Source: Callorhinchus milii (lineage: Eukaryota). From it: DNA of 64,000 bases. Position numbers and translations under genes: made by a program. Where the stretch lies: contig NW_024704743.1 of assembly GCF_018977255.1 (NCBI RefSeq), forward strand, positions 75,642,001 through 75,706,000, given 5' to 3'. Positions 50,626 to 63,995 of the stretch are shown here, piece by piece; within the stretch, counting starts at the first letter, position 1; every line of letters begins with the position of its first letter. Under the pieces are notes generated by a model. The model was not told where the DNA came from, searched no databases, and worked only from the letters and a program-made list of their open reading frames with translations.

Positions 50626-52390
50626 ACAACAACAACAACAACAACAACAAGATTCCATTTATAAAGCGCCTTTCACGTCAGGAGGACGTCCCAAGGCGCT
50701 GCACAGTTGGGTCATGACCTGAGCAGGGGGGAAATGGTCAGGGTGAGGGGAGGGAAGGGAGGGAGCAAGGAGGGGGGAAATGGTGAGGGGAGGGAAGGGA
50801 GGGAGCAAGGAGGGGGAAATGGTGAGGGGAGGGAAGGGAGGGAGCGAGGAGGGGGAAGAGAGTCGAGAGGGGAGCTGAAGGCACGGTCAAAGAGAAAGGT
50901 TTTGAGACCGGCCTTGAAGGAGGAAAGGGAGGAAGCAAGGCGAAGGCACTGGGGGATGGAGTTCCAGAGCCTGGGGGCTGAGAGGCTGAAGGCCCGACCA
51001 CCGATGGTAGGGCGGTTGGGGCGGGGGACGTGGAGCAGACCGGAGCCAGAGGAACGGAGGGTACGGGCAGGTAGGTAGGGGGATAGTAGGTTGGAGAGGT
51101 AGGAGGGAGCAAGGCCGTGAATGGCCTTGTAGGTGAGGATGAGGATCTTGAAATCAATCCTCTGGGGGATGGGGAGCCAGTGGAGGCGAGCGAGGGTGGG
51201 AGTGATGTGGTCCCGAAGCCTGGTGCGGGACAGTACACGAGCTGCAGAGTTCTGAATGACCTGCAGCTTGTGGAGGGAGGTGGCGGGAAGGCCGGCGAGG
51301 AGAGAGTTCCCATAGTCCAGCCTTGAGGTGACAAAGGCGTGGACCAGGGTTTCAGCAGCGTGAGGGGTGAGGTAGTGCCGTAGTCTGGCGATGTTCCGGA
51401 GGTGATGGAAGGCGGTGCCAGTTGTGGTGCGGATGTGAGGGAGAAAGGACAGCTCAGGGTCGAACAAAACGCCGAGGTTCCTGACTGGCTTTGAGAGGTG
51501 GAGAGTGCAGCCTTGGATGCTGATGGTGTCAGCGCCTGAGGTGCGGAGGCGCTGACGTGAGCCAATCAGGAGGGCCTCGGTTTTTCGCACGTTGAGCTGA
51601 AGAAAGTTGTCTCTCGTCCAGGACTCGATGTCGGACAGGCAGCTGTCAGGACATCGGTGGTCGTGGAGTTGAGAGTAGAGGAGGAAAGGTAGAGTTGGGT
51701 GTCATCCGCATACATGTGGAAGTTAACTCCATGTCTGCGGATGATGTCACCGAGGGGGAGCATATAGAGGGTGAAGAGGAGGGGACCGAGGACAGAGCCC
51801 TGAGGGACACCACATGAGACAGTACGGGGGGTGGAGGAGAAGCCATTCGTCGAGACAAAGTGAAGACGGTGAGAAAGGTACGACCTAAACCATTCAAGGA
51901 CAGTGCCTTGAAGGTTGAGGTGGGAGGACAAGCGGTGGAGTAGGATAGCGTGGTCGACCGTATCGAATGCTGCCGATAGGTCGAGGAGGACGAGGAGACA
52001 GAGGGAGCCCTGGTCACAGATGGTCAGGATATCATTGGTGACCTTGACCAGGGCAGTTTCTGTGCTATGGGCAGCACGGAAACCTGACTGAAGGGGTTCG
52101 AAAAGAGAATGGGTGGAAAGGAAAGAGCGCAGTTGGGAGGCGACAACTCTTTCCAAGACCTTGGAGAGAAAGGGGAGGTTAGAGATGGGCCGGTAGCTTG
52201 ATAGCTGCGACGCATCAAGGGAGGGTTTTTTCAGGGTGGGCGTGATGGTGGCAGTTTTTAATGGAATGGGGACAGAGCCAGAGGAGAGGGACAGGTTGAT
52301 GATGTCAGTGATATGTGGGGCAAGAAAGTGGAGCTGGGAGATAAGGAGTGGAGTGGGGATGGGGTCAAGGGAGCAGGTGGTTGGTTTTAG
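50626..52390 (-). mobile_element. L2-clade LINE, 5'-truncated, RT region nearly intact apart from one frameshift
   Basis: ORFs 51566-52156 ([27 protein letters not shown]) and 50712-51590; (CAA)n tail on the + strand. Confidence 0.96.
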
Positions 52391-52393
52391 GCA

Positions 52394-52778
52394 ATATTAT
52401 TATTACAATAATAATAATCCTTGCATTTGATATAGCACCTTATCACATCTTTGAGACATCCCAAAACACTTCACAGAATATGCTGTGAAGTGAATTGACT
52501 GTATATTTTGTCGGTGAAACACAGTAGCCAATTGTGCACAGCAGTGTCCTACAAACAGTCGTTGATTGAGTGACCAAATATTTCTTTTAAGGGATTATTA
52601 TCCCCGTAAAACTGATCCACCAATCGACTAACAAGCTGGTTCCCACTTATTGCTGGATAAACAGAGGCGTGTGGAGTAAGGAAAGTTGCCCAATGTGTGT
52701 TTGGCCCTGCCGGGAATCATGCCCAGGTCCTCTCGCTTGTGAGGCGAGTGGTCTAAACACTATGACACAGGGCTCCAC
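52394..52778 (-). mobile_element. tRNA-derived SINE, full-length long variant
   Basis: tRNA head, an extra ~65-bp central segment (~52602-52667), and the shared body and tail. Confidence 0.88.
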
Positions 52779-53082
52779 TAATAGTGTTAATATCTGTGAT
52801 TGGTCTGTGTTAAAACTGCAGTAAGGTACAGAGGTACATATAAAGCCAGAAATGGCTTTATGTCCATTGAGGTTGCACAACTGTGGGGATGTCTTGATGT
52901 AATTATACAGGTGAAAGTAAGCAACTCTGTATGTAAACTACTGCCTCTAAAGATAGGCAAGCCTTTGGAGATAAAGTAAATGCCAACCCCCTGCTCGCCA
53001 GATTATCTGCCTTTTCCCTCCAAAGATGCAGCCTATCCAGAACTCTGCAGCTCGTGTTTTTTCCTGCACTAGGCTCCGCTCC

Positions 53083-53307
53083 GCGAAACCTTGGGCAAGT
53101 TCCCTTACTCCACACACCTCATAATAATCCCTTGAGAAAAAAAATTATAAAATTGGTCACTTCAATCCACGACTGTTTGTGGGACACTGCTGTGCATAAT
53201 TGGCTGCAGCGTTTCACCCACAGATATAAAGTTAATTCTGTGAAGCGCTTTGAGACGTCTAGAAGACATGAAAAGTGCTATATCAAATGCAAGGATTATT
53301 ATTATTA
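53083..53307 (+). mobile_element. 5'-truncated SINE ending ~20 nt from a PDE1C donor site
   Basis: SINE body and (ATT)n tail. Confidence 0.88.
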
Positions 53308-53327
53308 TATATATGTGAGCTTCTTAC

Positions 53328-53409
53328 CTATTTGAGATTGAGCTACCATGGTTGACTTGCGATCACAGAGTGGAGAGAAAATAAGTCCCAGTTCTGCTTC
53401 TTTGTCACC
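53328..53409 (-). CDS. PDE1C: PDE1C catalytic-domain exon
   Basis: ttctag|...G|gtaag, 82 nt. Translates GDKEAELGLIFSPLCDRKSTMVAQSQI(G), with the invariant substrate-binding Gln. Confidence 0.96.
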
Positions 53410-53794
53410 CTAGAATAAGAGAAAAGGATGGAATTAAAATGCATCAAATTACAATGGTCTCACTCATGTCTCCGTGGAATGAATAAGTAATATTGAAGAA
53501 TCTCTGTGGACTCGAGCACTGAAGGTGAAACAGAATTTCAAAGATTTCTTGTTTCAATGGAATAAGTTGCTTACACACAGCATATTCACATTGACTGGGG
53601 AAACATGCGAGATCTCCTACCTCTCTTACAACTATATTGCAGTATATCATTGGCATGATTCAGTGTCCTCAGATTAACGCTGATGGTACACCTCAATTTA
53701 TCAGCCTGTAGTTTATAACAGGAAAATCCAATTTTAGGGTAAAGATACTACTTACCCACAGGAGGAATTTCAATGCTCTTGTGTTCTTTCTTGT

Positions 53795-54125
53795 TTACAA
53801 GATCACAAGCAAGGTTTGGATGAAGAAGGTCCTTTGGTCTCATCTTCCCAGAATACCCACCCTCCTCCATCACAAGCTGTTTTTCAAATGAGTCCGGGAT
53901 CCCGTCCTGAACCACCCTTGCTGGTAACATTCTAATTGTTAATTAATCTCTGGGGAAAGAAATACTTTCTGGTGTTTGTCTTGAATTTGCCTTTTGCATC
54001 GCTAAACCTGTGTCCTCTTGTTCATCTGTCTCAGTGCATCTGAAAGTATTGTCCAATGTTTCCTTTCCCAACCCTATTTAAAATCGTATATACTTTATAA
54101 GGTGCCACCTGAAATCACTTCTTTC
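53795..54125 (-). mobile_element. Decayed CR1 3' fragment
   Basis: acaagatcacaag tail and caagctgtttttcaaatgagtcc, as in 8085-8360. Confidence 0.7.
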
Positions 54126-54228
54126 TGTTGCTATTGAACTCACTGCTTTGTGTTAATGATAGAATGAAAATGTAGAGCGACTGATAATTATCTAAACTTT
54201 CTAAGATATAAGTAAATGAGGTTCACAC

Positions 54229-54349
54229 CTGTCTGAAAAACTCCTCCAGCAATGCCATAGTCCAACGATTGTGCAGATCCCAGGCTTTGGCTGGGTGGCT
54301 GATATCAGCCGTGTGCAACAACAGAGATAAGGCTTTAGCTTTGTCGATC
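54229..54349 (-). CDS. PDE1C: PDE1C catalytic-domain exon
   Basis: ttttcag|...CAG|gtgtg, 121 nt. Translates IDKAKALSLLLHTADISHPAKAWDLHNRWTMALLEEFFRQ (PDE1 HxADISHP and EEFFRQ). Confidence 0.96.
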
Positions 54350-55459
54350 CTGAAAACCAGCACAAAGATGAAAGTTACTGAACTGAACCAGAAATTAAAG
54401 AATATGAAAAACCTAAAATATGACCACTTACCACTCTTTATAGTGAATGTGGATTGTTTGTGAAATTTTTTTGAAAATACCTCACAACTTGTTACAGATG
54501 AGTTAATCTGGTTATCCACAAATCAGCTCTGAAATACAATGATCCATCATGTTCAAAGATGCAACAGGCCACCTAAATGGCTGGCCTGGGGAGGGGATGG
54601 AGAAGTGTTCACCAGTTATCAACAATCTCAGAAGCAAGTTGTCCAAAAATGTGATAATTATCACTTAACATATGAAAAGGTGATTTTTTCACTCCATCCA
54701 AACGTTGTTACATGCCACTGCATTTCCTAAGCAAAAGTATTATAGTTGTCTTCAAGCCAACTAGTTATTTGTTGGGTCACGTTATTAGAAGCTGGATGTT
54801 TGTGACGTGAACAATCTGAAGCTAAAGTACTATTTTACTGTCTGTGAAAAGTTACAACTGCATTTATATTGCACCCTTCACACAGTAAAGCATCTCGGAG
54901 CCCTACAAGGTTGAATACCAAGCCAGGGAGATCCCTAATCTTTGGCTCTTGGAATGATGTAAAACAGGGTGCTTCCTTTCAAGGAAAGAGTGAGGATTCC
55001 ATTTCAGATACAGGGAAATTCCTGTGTTTAAATGGGATACTTGGAACTCTCAGTTTGGTTTACATATTCTTAAGCACGGTGATGGGTTTCCGCATGCGTC
55101 AGATATCGGCTGCCCAAAACTATACAGTATAACCACATTTAAAGGAAGAAAAAGGAAGAGGAGCTCAGCAAGTGTAAAAAGAATAGCAATGTCAGAAATG
55201 AGTTGACCAAACTATAACAAGAACAACTTGCACTTATATAGCGGCCTTCATGAAGGTAGGATTTCAGAGAGCTTAACACTGGTGGAGCTTGAATCCAACT
55301 GTTCCTCCCCCAATGGCTCTATTGTACTCAAAAGAACAAAAAAGCCCGGTACTCAGCAAACAGCACAAGAGCCTCGTATTAGGCGAGACTGTCAATGTTT
55401 CTTCCAGCATACCCTTTTTGAATTGCCACCAACATGTAATACTCCATGTAGCGTATTGG

Positions 55460-56088
55460 CATTCATACACACACTCGTCACCTCAAGGCTCGACTACGGA
55501 AACTTCCTGCATATCGGCCTCCCCAACTCTTCCCTCCACAATCTGCAGATCATCCCAAACTCCAAGCTCATGTCCTCTCCCGCACCAGGCTCCATGACCC
55601 CATCAACCCCACCCTCACCCAGCTCCACTGGCTCCCCATCCCTCAGAGGACAGAGTTCGAAATTCTCGTCCTCACTTTCAAGGCCCTCCATGGCCTTGCC
55701 TCCTCCTACCTCATTGACCTGCTAACCAACTCCCTATCAACCTGTCCGCACCCTCCGTTCAGCAGGTTCTGGCCTGCTCCATGTCTACTTCCCGACCCGC
55801 CCTACTATCGGCAGCCGGGCTTTCAGCCTCTCTGGCCCCACAAATTGGAACTCCATCCCACAATCCCTTCACCTCACTCCCTCCCTTGCCTCCTTTAAGG
55901 CACGACTCAAGACCCTCCTTTTCGACCGTGCCTTCGGCCACCCTCCTACACTCTCTGCCCTTCCTCATCCCAACCCTGCCCCCCCCACCCCACGCTCGGG
56001 TCCTGATCCCCGACTGTTCAGCGCCTTGTGACGTCCTCCCGACATGAAAGGCGCTTTCCAGATGTAATTTTGTGGTTGTTGTTGTTGA
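55460..56088 (+). mobile_element. L2 LINE 3' fragment
   Basis: LVTSRLDYGN...LHNLQII and a (GTT)n tail. Confidence 0.88.
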
Positions 56089-56323
56089 AACCTGCAGAAA
56101 GTCATTCAGAAAGAGAGAGTTCAAGTAGCGGTCAGAAGTGTTGAAGCTCTGAAACTGTTAGAGAGTGCGATTGTTTATCAATAGTTACCAGACCACTCCG
56201 AAAGCACTTTCAGGTGCAGTGATTGCTTTTTAGGTGTAATGAATTATATCCTACAGAAATCGCTTACCATTCAATCATCAAAGTGAAGGCACAAGAGCTG
56301 AAAAATGTCGAGTGATGACTCAC

Positions 56324-56425
56324 CCCTCCGGTTGCTGCAAGGAGTTCTTCATTGCTTTGATTTGTTGAAAGTGGCAGGACATGTCAGTGGCCAAGACCAT
56401 CTCAATCACCAGCGCCCTCAGTTCC
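56324..56425 (-). CDS. PDE1C: PDE1C catalytic-domain exon
   Basis: taaag|...GG|gtgag, 102 nt. Translates ELRALVIEMVLATDMSCHFQQIKAMKNSLQQPE(G), containing the PDE LATDM motif. Confidence 0.95.
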
Positions 56426-58137
56426 CTTTAGGCAAAAAGAACAAACCAGGAGCTGTTTCTCATCAGTCCAGTCCAGCACAACCAGCTAATTATTCCTGAC
56501 ATTTCATGAAACACCTCCCAGCCCCCAAATAGGGTCAACCTTTCCTTTTAAAAGTGTCATTCATTGTCTTTACCACAAATCCCAGACAGGGTTTCAACAA
56601 ATTAAACAGAAGAGTAGCGTCAGTGCATAAAGATGCTATTGCTACCGGATGAATCCATTAGGGATTTCCTTTTCAATTACACAGAGAGGCATAGAATTGC
56701 TTCTGTCTTGAAAGCCTTCAACAAATAATCAAGTAAAGTGCTGAAGTAGATTTGACATTAGATTTACAAGAATTTCATTAGACGATGTCAAGCTCTTACT
56801 TTCAGTCCATTCTGCATGACTTTAAAACCAGTTTATGAAGCAGCAGTGATTTACTGGCTTTGAAGTTAATTCTATCAGTTCTGAATTGAAAACTAAAACA
56901 ATGGAACTGCAAAAACAGTAAGAAGATAGACACTTCTCTGGTCATAGTGAGTCACCAGAGATTGTTCCTTCACATGTGTGAACGCTGCAATGCTCAGTGT
57001 CTGTGAGTTTTCTTTGTCTACTTGTTCAAGTGCAAAATCACCTGGGGGAGAGGGGGAATGGATTAACTTCCATTTACAAAATGTAACAAATTAATCATCG
57101 TGTGCTTATAAATAATTGTGCTGAAACTTTAAATTATTAATGATTACATTATATAAAAAATTATATTAAAATTATATGGTTATTTATTGATAAGGTCACA
57201 GCAATAAATTGACATAACTTAGCAAACAAGCAGAATGGTGCAGCATACAGCAGAAATTAACTGTCTTTAATGAATGGAACAGAATAGCCTCAACACTGAA
57301 TGCAAGATATATAATCTTTTACTGTATTGCATTATATAATTAATCTTAAAGTATAACACTATGTTGTCTTTCTACTATATTACCTATTATGTGATACATG
57401 TGTACGTATTAGTGTAAAATATTACATCCTGAGACTGTTGTGCATTTAAGCATAATTTACTTTGATACAATATTGTATGAAAATGGTTCAAACATCCAGG
57501 CCATTAGAATCCAATGGCATTTCTCTGAACATGAACTCTTTGGCATTCTCCTGCTTGCTTTCCATACCCTATAACAAGGGTATGTTTTCACTTAACCTTT
57601 TCACAGTTTGAAAAGACCAGAAATTTTAATTTTTAACATGCTCAGGCACTTCATGATTTTGTTTCAACAGAGCTTAATAGTTAACAACTATTCCTTAATA
57701 AGGGCAACAGCTATCAAAATCTATCACCCAATGTGATACTAACATTAAATTTTGATATGGTTCCTTCAATCCCAAAATATTGATTGTTAATGTATGCAGA
57801 CAGTGAATATAACAAGAATACCAATAATAAATATTTTAAAAGTTGGTATAGTGTCTTTCACACTGTGACGTATTTTGGCAACTCAAAACACTTCACAGGG
57901 TATACATTAAGTGGACTGACTGCATGTTTTGTGGGCAAAGATGCAGTGAGTGTTGTTCTACAGTGGTCTGTGGTGGGTGGGGTCATAATACTGACACCAG
58001 TGGCACACAAATATTTACATCTTCCCAGTCCGAGAAACATCATTTTACTCTTATTCTTTGCTGTCTCTATCCATAGACATATTCTCCTTCACTACATCGG
58101 ACAAGGGGAAGAATCCCAACAGGTCTTTGCATGCAGG

Positions 58138-58378
58138 ACCAAAGTGCTTTACAGGATATACTGTAAAGTGAATTAACTTCATATTTTGTAGGCGAAACAA
58201 TTTAGCACAGCAGTGTCCCACGAATAGTAGTGGATTCAATCACCAAATAATTTTTTAAAATTTTTTTGAAGGGATTATTATCTCCGGAAAAGCAATCCTC
58301 CAATCGACTAATTTACTGGTTCCTACTTACTGCTGGTAAACAGAGGTGTGTGTGGAAACGTGCCTAACATTTCACTCT
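58138..58378 (-). mobile_element. SINE long-variant fragment
   Basis: Body plus the central segment cctctgtttaccagcagtaagtaggaacc. Confidence 0.78.
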
Positions 58379-58772
58379 AATAAGGGATAAAGAATGGTTA
58401 GATAAGCAAAATTGATTTTTCTCATTCCTAATCAATTTTCTCTCTTTTAAAGCATAAACCCTCACAATAACAAATAACCATGTGCTTATTAATATATCTA
58501 CTCCCAATCTTTTCACCATTGAAAACGATAAGTCTTGTGACTTTCTTTAGCAATCTACACATTACAGGAGAGATAATAAGTATGAAGGAACATCAACCTT
58601 CGCCCACATATCTGACAAGCCTCAGTGAAAGAAGAAGATAAAATGGGCAAATGCATCAATGAGTGCTTATGAGAAAGCCTAAAACTGCAATATTTAAAGT
58701 TGATTGTGTTTCTTTTCCAATCTAAATTTTATAAAGCTAACAAATGTGAATATTTTCTGCAAGTTCAAAAGA

Positions 58773-60340
58773 AACAACAACAACAACTTGGATTTATATA
58801 GCGTCTCAGAGCGCTTCACAATAATGGATCCCGGGGCCGAACCAGGGGGAGGGGGAGGAAGGTAACCAAAGGCGCGGTCAAAAAGAAAGGTCTTTAGCCA
58901 AGACCTGAAAATAGGAAGAGAGGGAGCGAGGCGAAGGGAATGAGGAAGGGAGTTCCAGAGCTCGGGGCGTAATGGCTGAAGGCACGGCCGCCAAGGGTGG
59001 AGTGGAGGATTCGGGGGACAAGGAGGAGGCCAGACCCGGTGGAGCGAAGGCAACGGGCACTGTTGTGAGGAGAGAGAAGGTCAGAGAGGGAGGGGGTGCA
59101 GAGGAGTGCAGGAATTTGAAGACAAGAGTGAGGATCTTGAAGTCGATCCTCTCTGGGACAGGCAGCCAGTGCAGTCTGGCAAGGACTGGGGTAATCGGGG
59201 AGTGGAGTTTGGTGCGGGTAAGAATGCGGGCGGCAGAATTCTAGATGATCTGGATTTTGTGAATGGTAGTGGAGGGGAGAGACTGGTGAAGAGGGCATTG
59301 GAATAGTCCAGCCGAGAGGTGACAAAGGCATGGACCAGGGTTCGGCGGCTTTTGGAGTGATTTATTGGCAGAGATGGGCGATGGGTCGGAGGTGGAAGAA
59401 AGCTGTGCTGGTGAGGGACCGGATGTGGGGGAGGAAGGATAATTAGGGGTCGAACCTGACGCCTAGGTTGCGTAAGGGTTCGAAGAGTTTTAGGGGGAGG
59501 TTGGGTAGATGGAGGAGGTGAGAACCGTGCAATTTAAGACGTTGACGAGAGCCAAAGAGTATGGCTTTTGTCTTGTCAACATTTAGCTGAAGGAAATTTG
59601 CTCTCACCCAGCCCCTGCGATCTGACAGGGTGAGAGCGGGAGGACAATCCGTTTGTGAAGATGTATTGCTGGCAGTTCGTGAGGTAGGACTCAAACCTGG
59701 CGAGTGCAGTCTCACTGAGGTGGATGATGGAGGAAAGGCGGTGGAGGAGGATGGCGTGTTCGACTGTGTTGAAAGCGGCGGAGAGGTCCAGAAGGACAAG
59801 GAGGCAAAGGGAGCCCTGGTCACAGATAGAGAGGATGTCGTTTCTGACTTTCACAAGTGCAGTCTCTGTACTGTGGGCAGGGCGGAAACCGGACTGGAGG
59901 GGTTCAAAGAGGGAGTGGGAGGAGAAGTGTGTGCGGAGATTGGCAACAACACGTTCTAGGACTTTGGCGAGGAAGGGTAGGTTTGAAATAGGGCGATAGT
60001 GGCTAGGGTTTGAGGGATCTAGGGAAAGTTTTTTGAGGGGGGGTGTGATGACAGCAGTTTTGAGGGGGGCAAGTTGGCGGGGAGGGGATCGAGACAGCAG
60101 GTGGTGGGTTTCATCGAAGTGACGTCGGGTGAGAGGGAGGAAGGAGAGATGGGGAGGAAGGAATGTAGAATGGGGGTCGTGGTAGGAGCTGATGATGGGG
60201 AGGGTGAGGGGGACGGAGAGGGGGTGGTGGTGGGTGATAAGAAGCAGGAGGATGAAGCTGCCTGGCGGATATTATTTATTTTGGTTGAAAAGAAGTCCAT
60301 GACCTCCTTGCACTTGGCATTTGATGTGAAGATTGAGGAT
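58773..60340 (-). mobile_element. L2 LINE (second family), decayed with internal deletions
   Basis: [42 protein letters not shown] and LRNLGVRFDP; (CAA)n tail on the + strand. Confidence 0.9.
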
Positions 60341-60427
60341 ATTATACAGCTGATATACAGCTGTTATATGAGAGAGAGGCTTTGACAAGAGTATTCGGAA
60401 GAGTTAAGCAAGAAGCAAAACTAGGAT

Positions 60428-60840
60428 ATAACAACATTGCATTGCATTTCATTGCATGTCATGTTGTCAAAAACCTCAAAGTGCTGCACAGGAATTACTG
60501 TGGAGTGCAGTGACTGTGTATTTTGTAGGTGAACTCAGCAGCCAATTTGCTTGTAGCAATATCCCACAAACCACCATGAAGTAAATGATCAATTTCATCT
60601 AGGATACTGTTGGTCAGGGTACTGTGAAAAATTTCCTTCATTTATTGAATAGTGCCATAGCATCTTTAATGTCTATGAGACCTCCCTGAAGGATGGCCAC
60701 TCTGACAATGCAGCATTCTCCAAAACTGCACTGGAGTGTCAGTCTGGACAATGAGTTCAAAGTCCCGACATGGGGCTTGAACCTACATTCAAGCTTCTGA
60801 CTTGAGATGAAAGTGCTACCAAAATGAGCCCAGCTGACAC
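60428..60840 (-). mobile_element. Old DeuSINE-like SINE, near full length
   Basis: tRNA head (gctgggctcattttggtagcact...ttcaagcccc), Deu-like core (gactgacactccagtgcagt...taaagatgctatggcactatt) and an L2-like tail. Confidence 0.8.
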
Positions 60841-61789
60841 CTGATAAGACAACAGAAAGAAAATGAACACATTTGAAGATCATTACATAGTTGTGAAAAG
60901 GAATTCTATCCTATAAGAAATAGTAATAGTCAAGAAGAAAGTAGTTGAAATTGATGAACAAGACCAGCAGTACAGCAAGAATCAAGATTATGCTTTTTTT
61001 TAAACCTAGGTGAAAAAAATCCAGGTCAAAATAAGGCATTATTATCATGGTGTGAATCTTCAGGAATAGCAGAGAGTAACAGCAATGTCGATGTTACTTG
61101 AGCACTGAATTCATCCAAAGAGATCTACTCAGGAAATGTCAAAAGCAGAGTGTTAGAAGGCTGCACACTCTCCTCCCCCTCCTCCTCTCCATCTTTCTGA
61201 TTCACAAGACCCAGATGGATAGCTGATTCATCAAAAAAATTGTGTGAGGTGTTTTGAGATGTTCTCCTGTCATGAAAAGCGCTACATCAAATGCAAGGAT
61301 AATATTACTATAATCATAGAATCATAAAATTATACAGCACAGAAGGAGGCCATTCAGCCCATCGTGTCTATGCCGGCTCTTTTAAAAGAGCTGTCCAAAT
61401 CAATCCCACTCCCTCGCTCTCTCCCCATAGCCCTGCAAACTTGATAATAATACCTTTAAAGCCAGAACCAATGCTTCTGAGAATGAATGTAAGATTTACT
61501 CCCATGGTTTAAGATGCACTCTGTGTCGTTTGATAAGTTTACAGGCTGATAGTCACTCTTACCTCTCTAGCAGTCATTTTTATTCATTTAATTGTCATTG
61601 CAACATTCAAGATTGTTGCAATACCAAGATTTTCATTTACTTTACTTTAAAACTTCAGGTGGAAAATTCTACTCAGTCTAGATTTACTCTATTGTTCTTA
61701 AAAGAACTTACCGAAAATTAGCTTCAAAATTAAGGCTGTATTTAAGAATTTGAAAAATTTCGGATGCTCTAAAATGCTGTGTAATACAA

Positions 61790-62135
61790 AACACAATACA
61801 AAATTTCATTGGTATAACGCCTTTCACGTCCGGATGACGTCCCAAGGTGCAGGACAGTCAGAGATTCGGACCCCAGCTGGTGGATTGGGATCAAGAAGGG
61901 TGGAAGGCTGGGAGGGTAGGGGTAGGAGGGTGGCTGAAGGCGCAGTTGAAGAGGAGGGTCTTGAGACGTAACTTGAAGGAAGCAAGTGAGGGAGTGAAGC
62001 GCAGGGAATGTGGGATGGAGTTCCAGAGGGTGGGGGCTGAGAGGCTGAACGCCTGACCGCTGATGGTAGGGCTGACCATGCGGGGGACGTGAAGTAGGCC
62101 AGAGCCTGCTGAGCAGAGGGAGTGGACAGAATGAT
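61790..62135 (-). mobile_element. L2 LINE 3' end
   Basis: PTISGQAFSLSAPTLWNSIP...FKLRLKTLLF. Confidence 0.85.
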
Positions 62136-63982
62136 ATGGGCATAAATAGAATAAGTCCAGCCCCTAGTGGAATTTCTCCCCCAAAACGTAGTTATTATTT
62201 TTGCTTTTATCTGTCACAGCTGAGTTATATACAACCACTTCAGTCACTTAACTATGGCAATGCATCTGTCAGAAAGTGAAAAGGATTGTGTTTTTCCTCT
62301 TCAATCAGTCATTTTTCAAGGGAAGCTCCCTCTAACTGGAAATATATCTTGAAGTAGTATGACTGGTGACATCTTAGGACCTCAAGGACCCAGACATATC
62401 TGATTTAATATGTGATGAAGACATTTCCTCAAGTAAGTACTTGACAGCTGCACTCTGTTTTCTTGAATCCATCTTTGCTGGATACAGGCTAAAGATCACC
62501 ACCAATGTCACCTGATATCAGACACATGCTGGATCAACCAAGGGATGGGTCACTGAGATTTTAAAAGACATTACACGCCTATGTCAAAATTTACAAAGGG
62601 ATTCTGATAAACCCGAGCAATTGCTCTCAGGGAACCAAAAGTTGCATTAAATAGGAATGAATGTTTTGTTAGACTAAAAATCTCTAAATGTCAGATTGTT
62701 ATCCCTGCAATAGGGTAGCTCAATCACTTCATGTGACACTAGAAGTTTTGGGTTGAATCTGGATCTGGTCCAGTCAATAGGTCATCCTTTCTAGGTCAAT
62801 AGAATGAATATCATTTTTAAAAGTATTCCAGGGGGTGGAGGGGGAAATCTGGATTCCAAAATCTGGATTGAGAGCTGGATTAGACATTTGTGGCTCTGTT
62901 GCCAAAATTATTAGTGGGTCCCAATTTCATGTGCTGTATTTATAAGTAATGGGCCCACGGTGGACTGGCTATCCGAAAGGCTCAGGATTGTGAGGTAAAA
63001 TAGGGCCACTGACTCACGTGGGGCACTTGGCAGCCAATAATGGGGGCGACACAGTGAAGCCTGGCTAGAATGAGGGAAATGGGCATATGTAGCTTTATAT
63101 GAGTAAGGACACTTGCAGCAGAGTTTGGATCAGTGGAAGCTTATGAATGGTGGAGGTGGGCTGTGCCAGTGAGGAGGCTATTTGAAAAGTCGATTCTGGA
63201 GGTGGTGAAGCGGTGACTGAGCGATTTGGCAATGTTAGGTTTGAGACAGGGTTGGAGGCAGGCAACGTAGTGAAGATGTAGAAATGCAGTTTTGAGCAGG
63301 GCAACACCAGCAACTACTGTGTAGTTCCCACCACATAGGATAACGTCTCATATCACTTCACAATGGCACGGTCCAATGTCGAACAGGGAGAACACCAAGG
63401 GAGAGGGAGGAAGAGCAGGTAACCATAGGCATTGTCAAAGAGGTGGGTTTTCACACAGGATTAAAGAAAGATAGAGAGGGGGTGGTGAGATGGAGGGATA
63501 GAGGGAGGAGTCACTGAGATTGGAATTTACAGTAACAATATTTATTTGTGTCACCAAATTTATGTTCTACAGTGGATTGCGAACACTGATGTCTCTGGTG
63601 ATACCAACACTTGGTCTTGGATTTGGGATTTTGTTAAGCAACAACTTATATTTATATAGAAACCTCCAAGTAGGGCAATGTCCCAGAGTGCTGTAAAGTG
63701 GTAGTGTTTGATGCTGAAGAAGGTGGAAGGGGTGGTGGCCATACTACTACTACTAATAGTAATCCTTGCATTTGATATAAAGCCTAGTCATGTCTTTGAG
63801 ATGTCTCATAGTCCAAGAAGTTGTTTTTTCATATGAAATAGATACAGAGGGGGCGAGGCAGAGGGATAGATGCAGGGAGTTAAAGAATGATGAGCCCTAT
63901 TTTCTGTGTAATATGTTCGACATCTTCCCATTTAACATAATTAGAGGCAAAATTGACCTAAAGGCAATTTGAATTTCCGAGA

Positions 63983-63995
63983 TGGGAATTGTAGT
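63983..63995 (-). promoter_or_regulatory. ZNF143/THAP11-type motif ACTACAATTCCCA
   Basis: Exact 13-nt match on the - strand at the window edge, with no supporting context. Confidence 0.3.
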
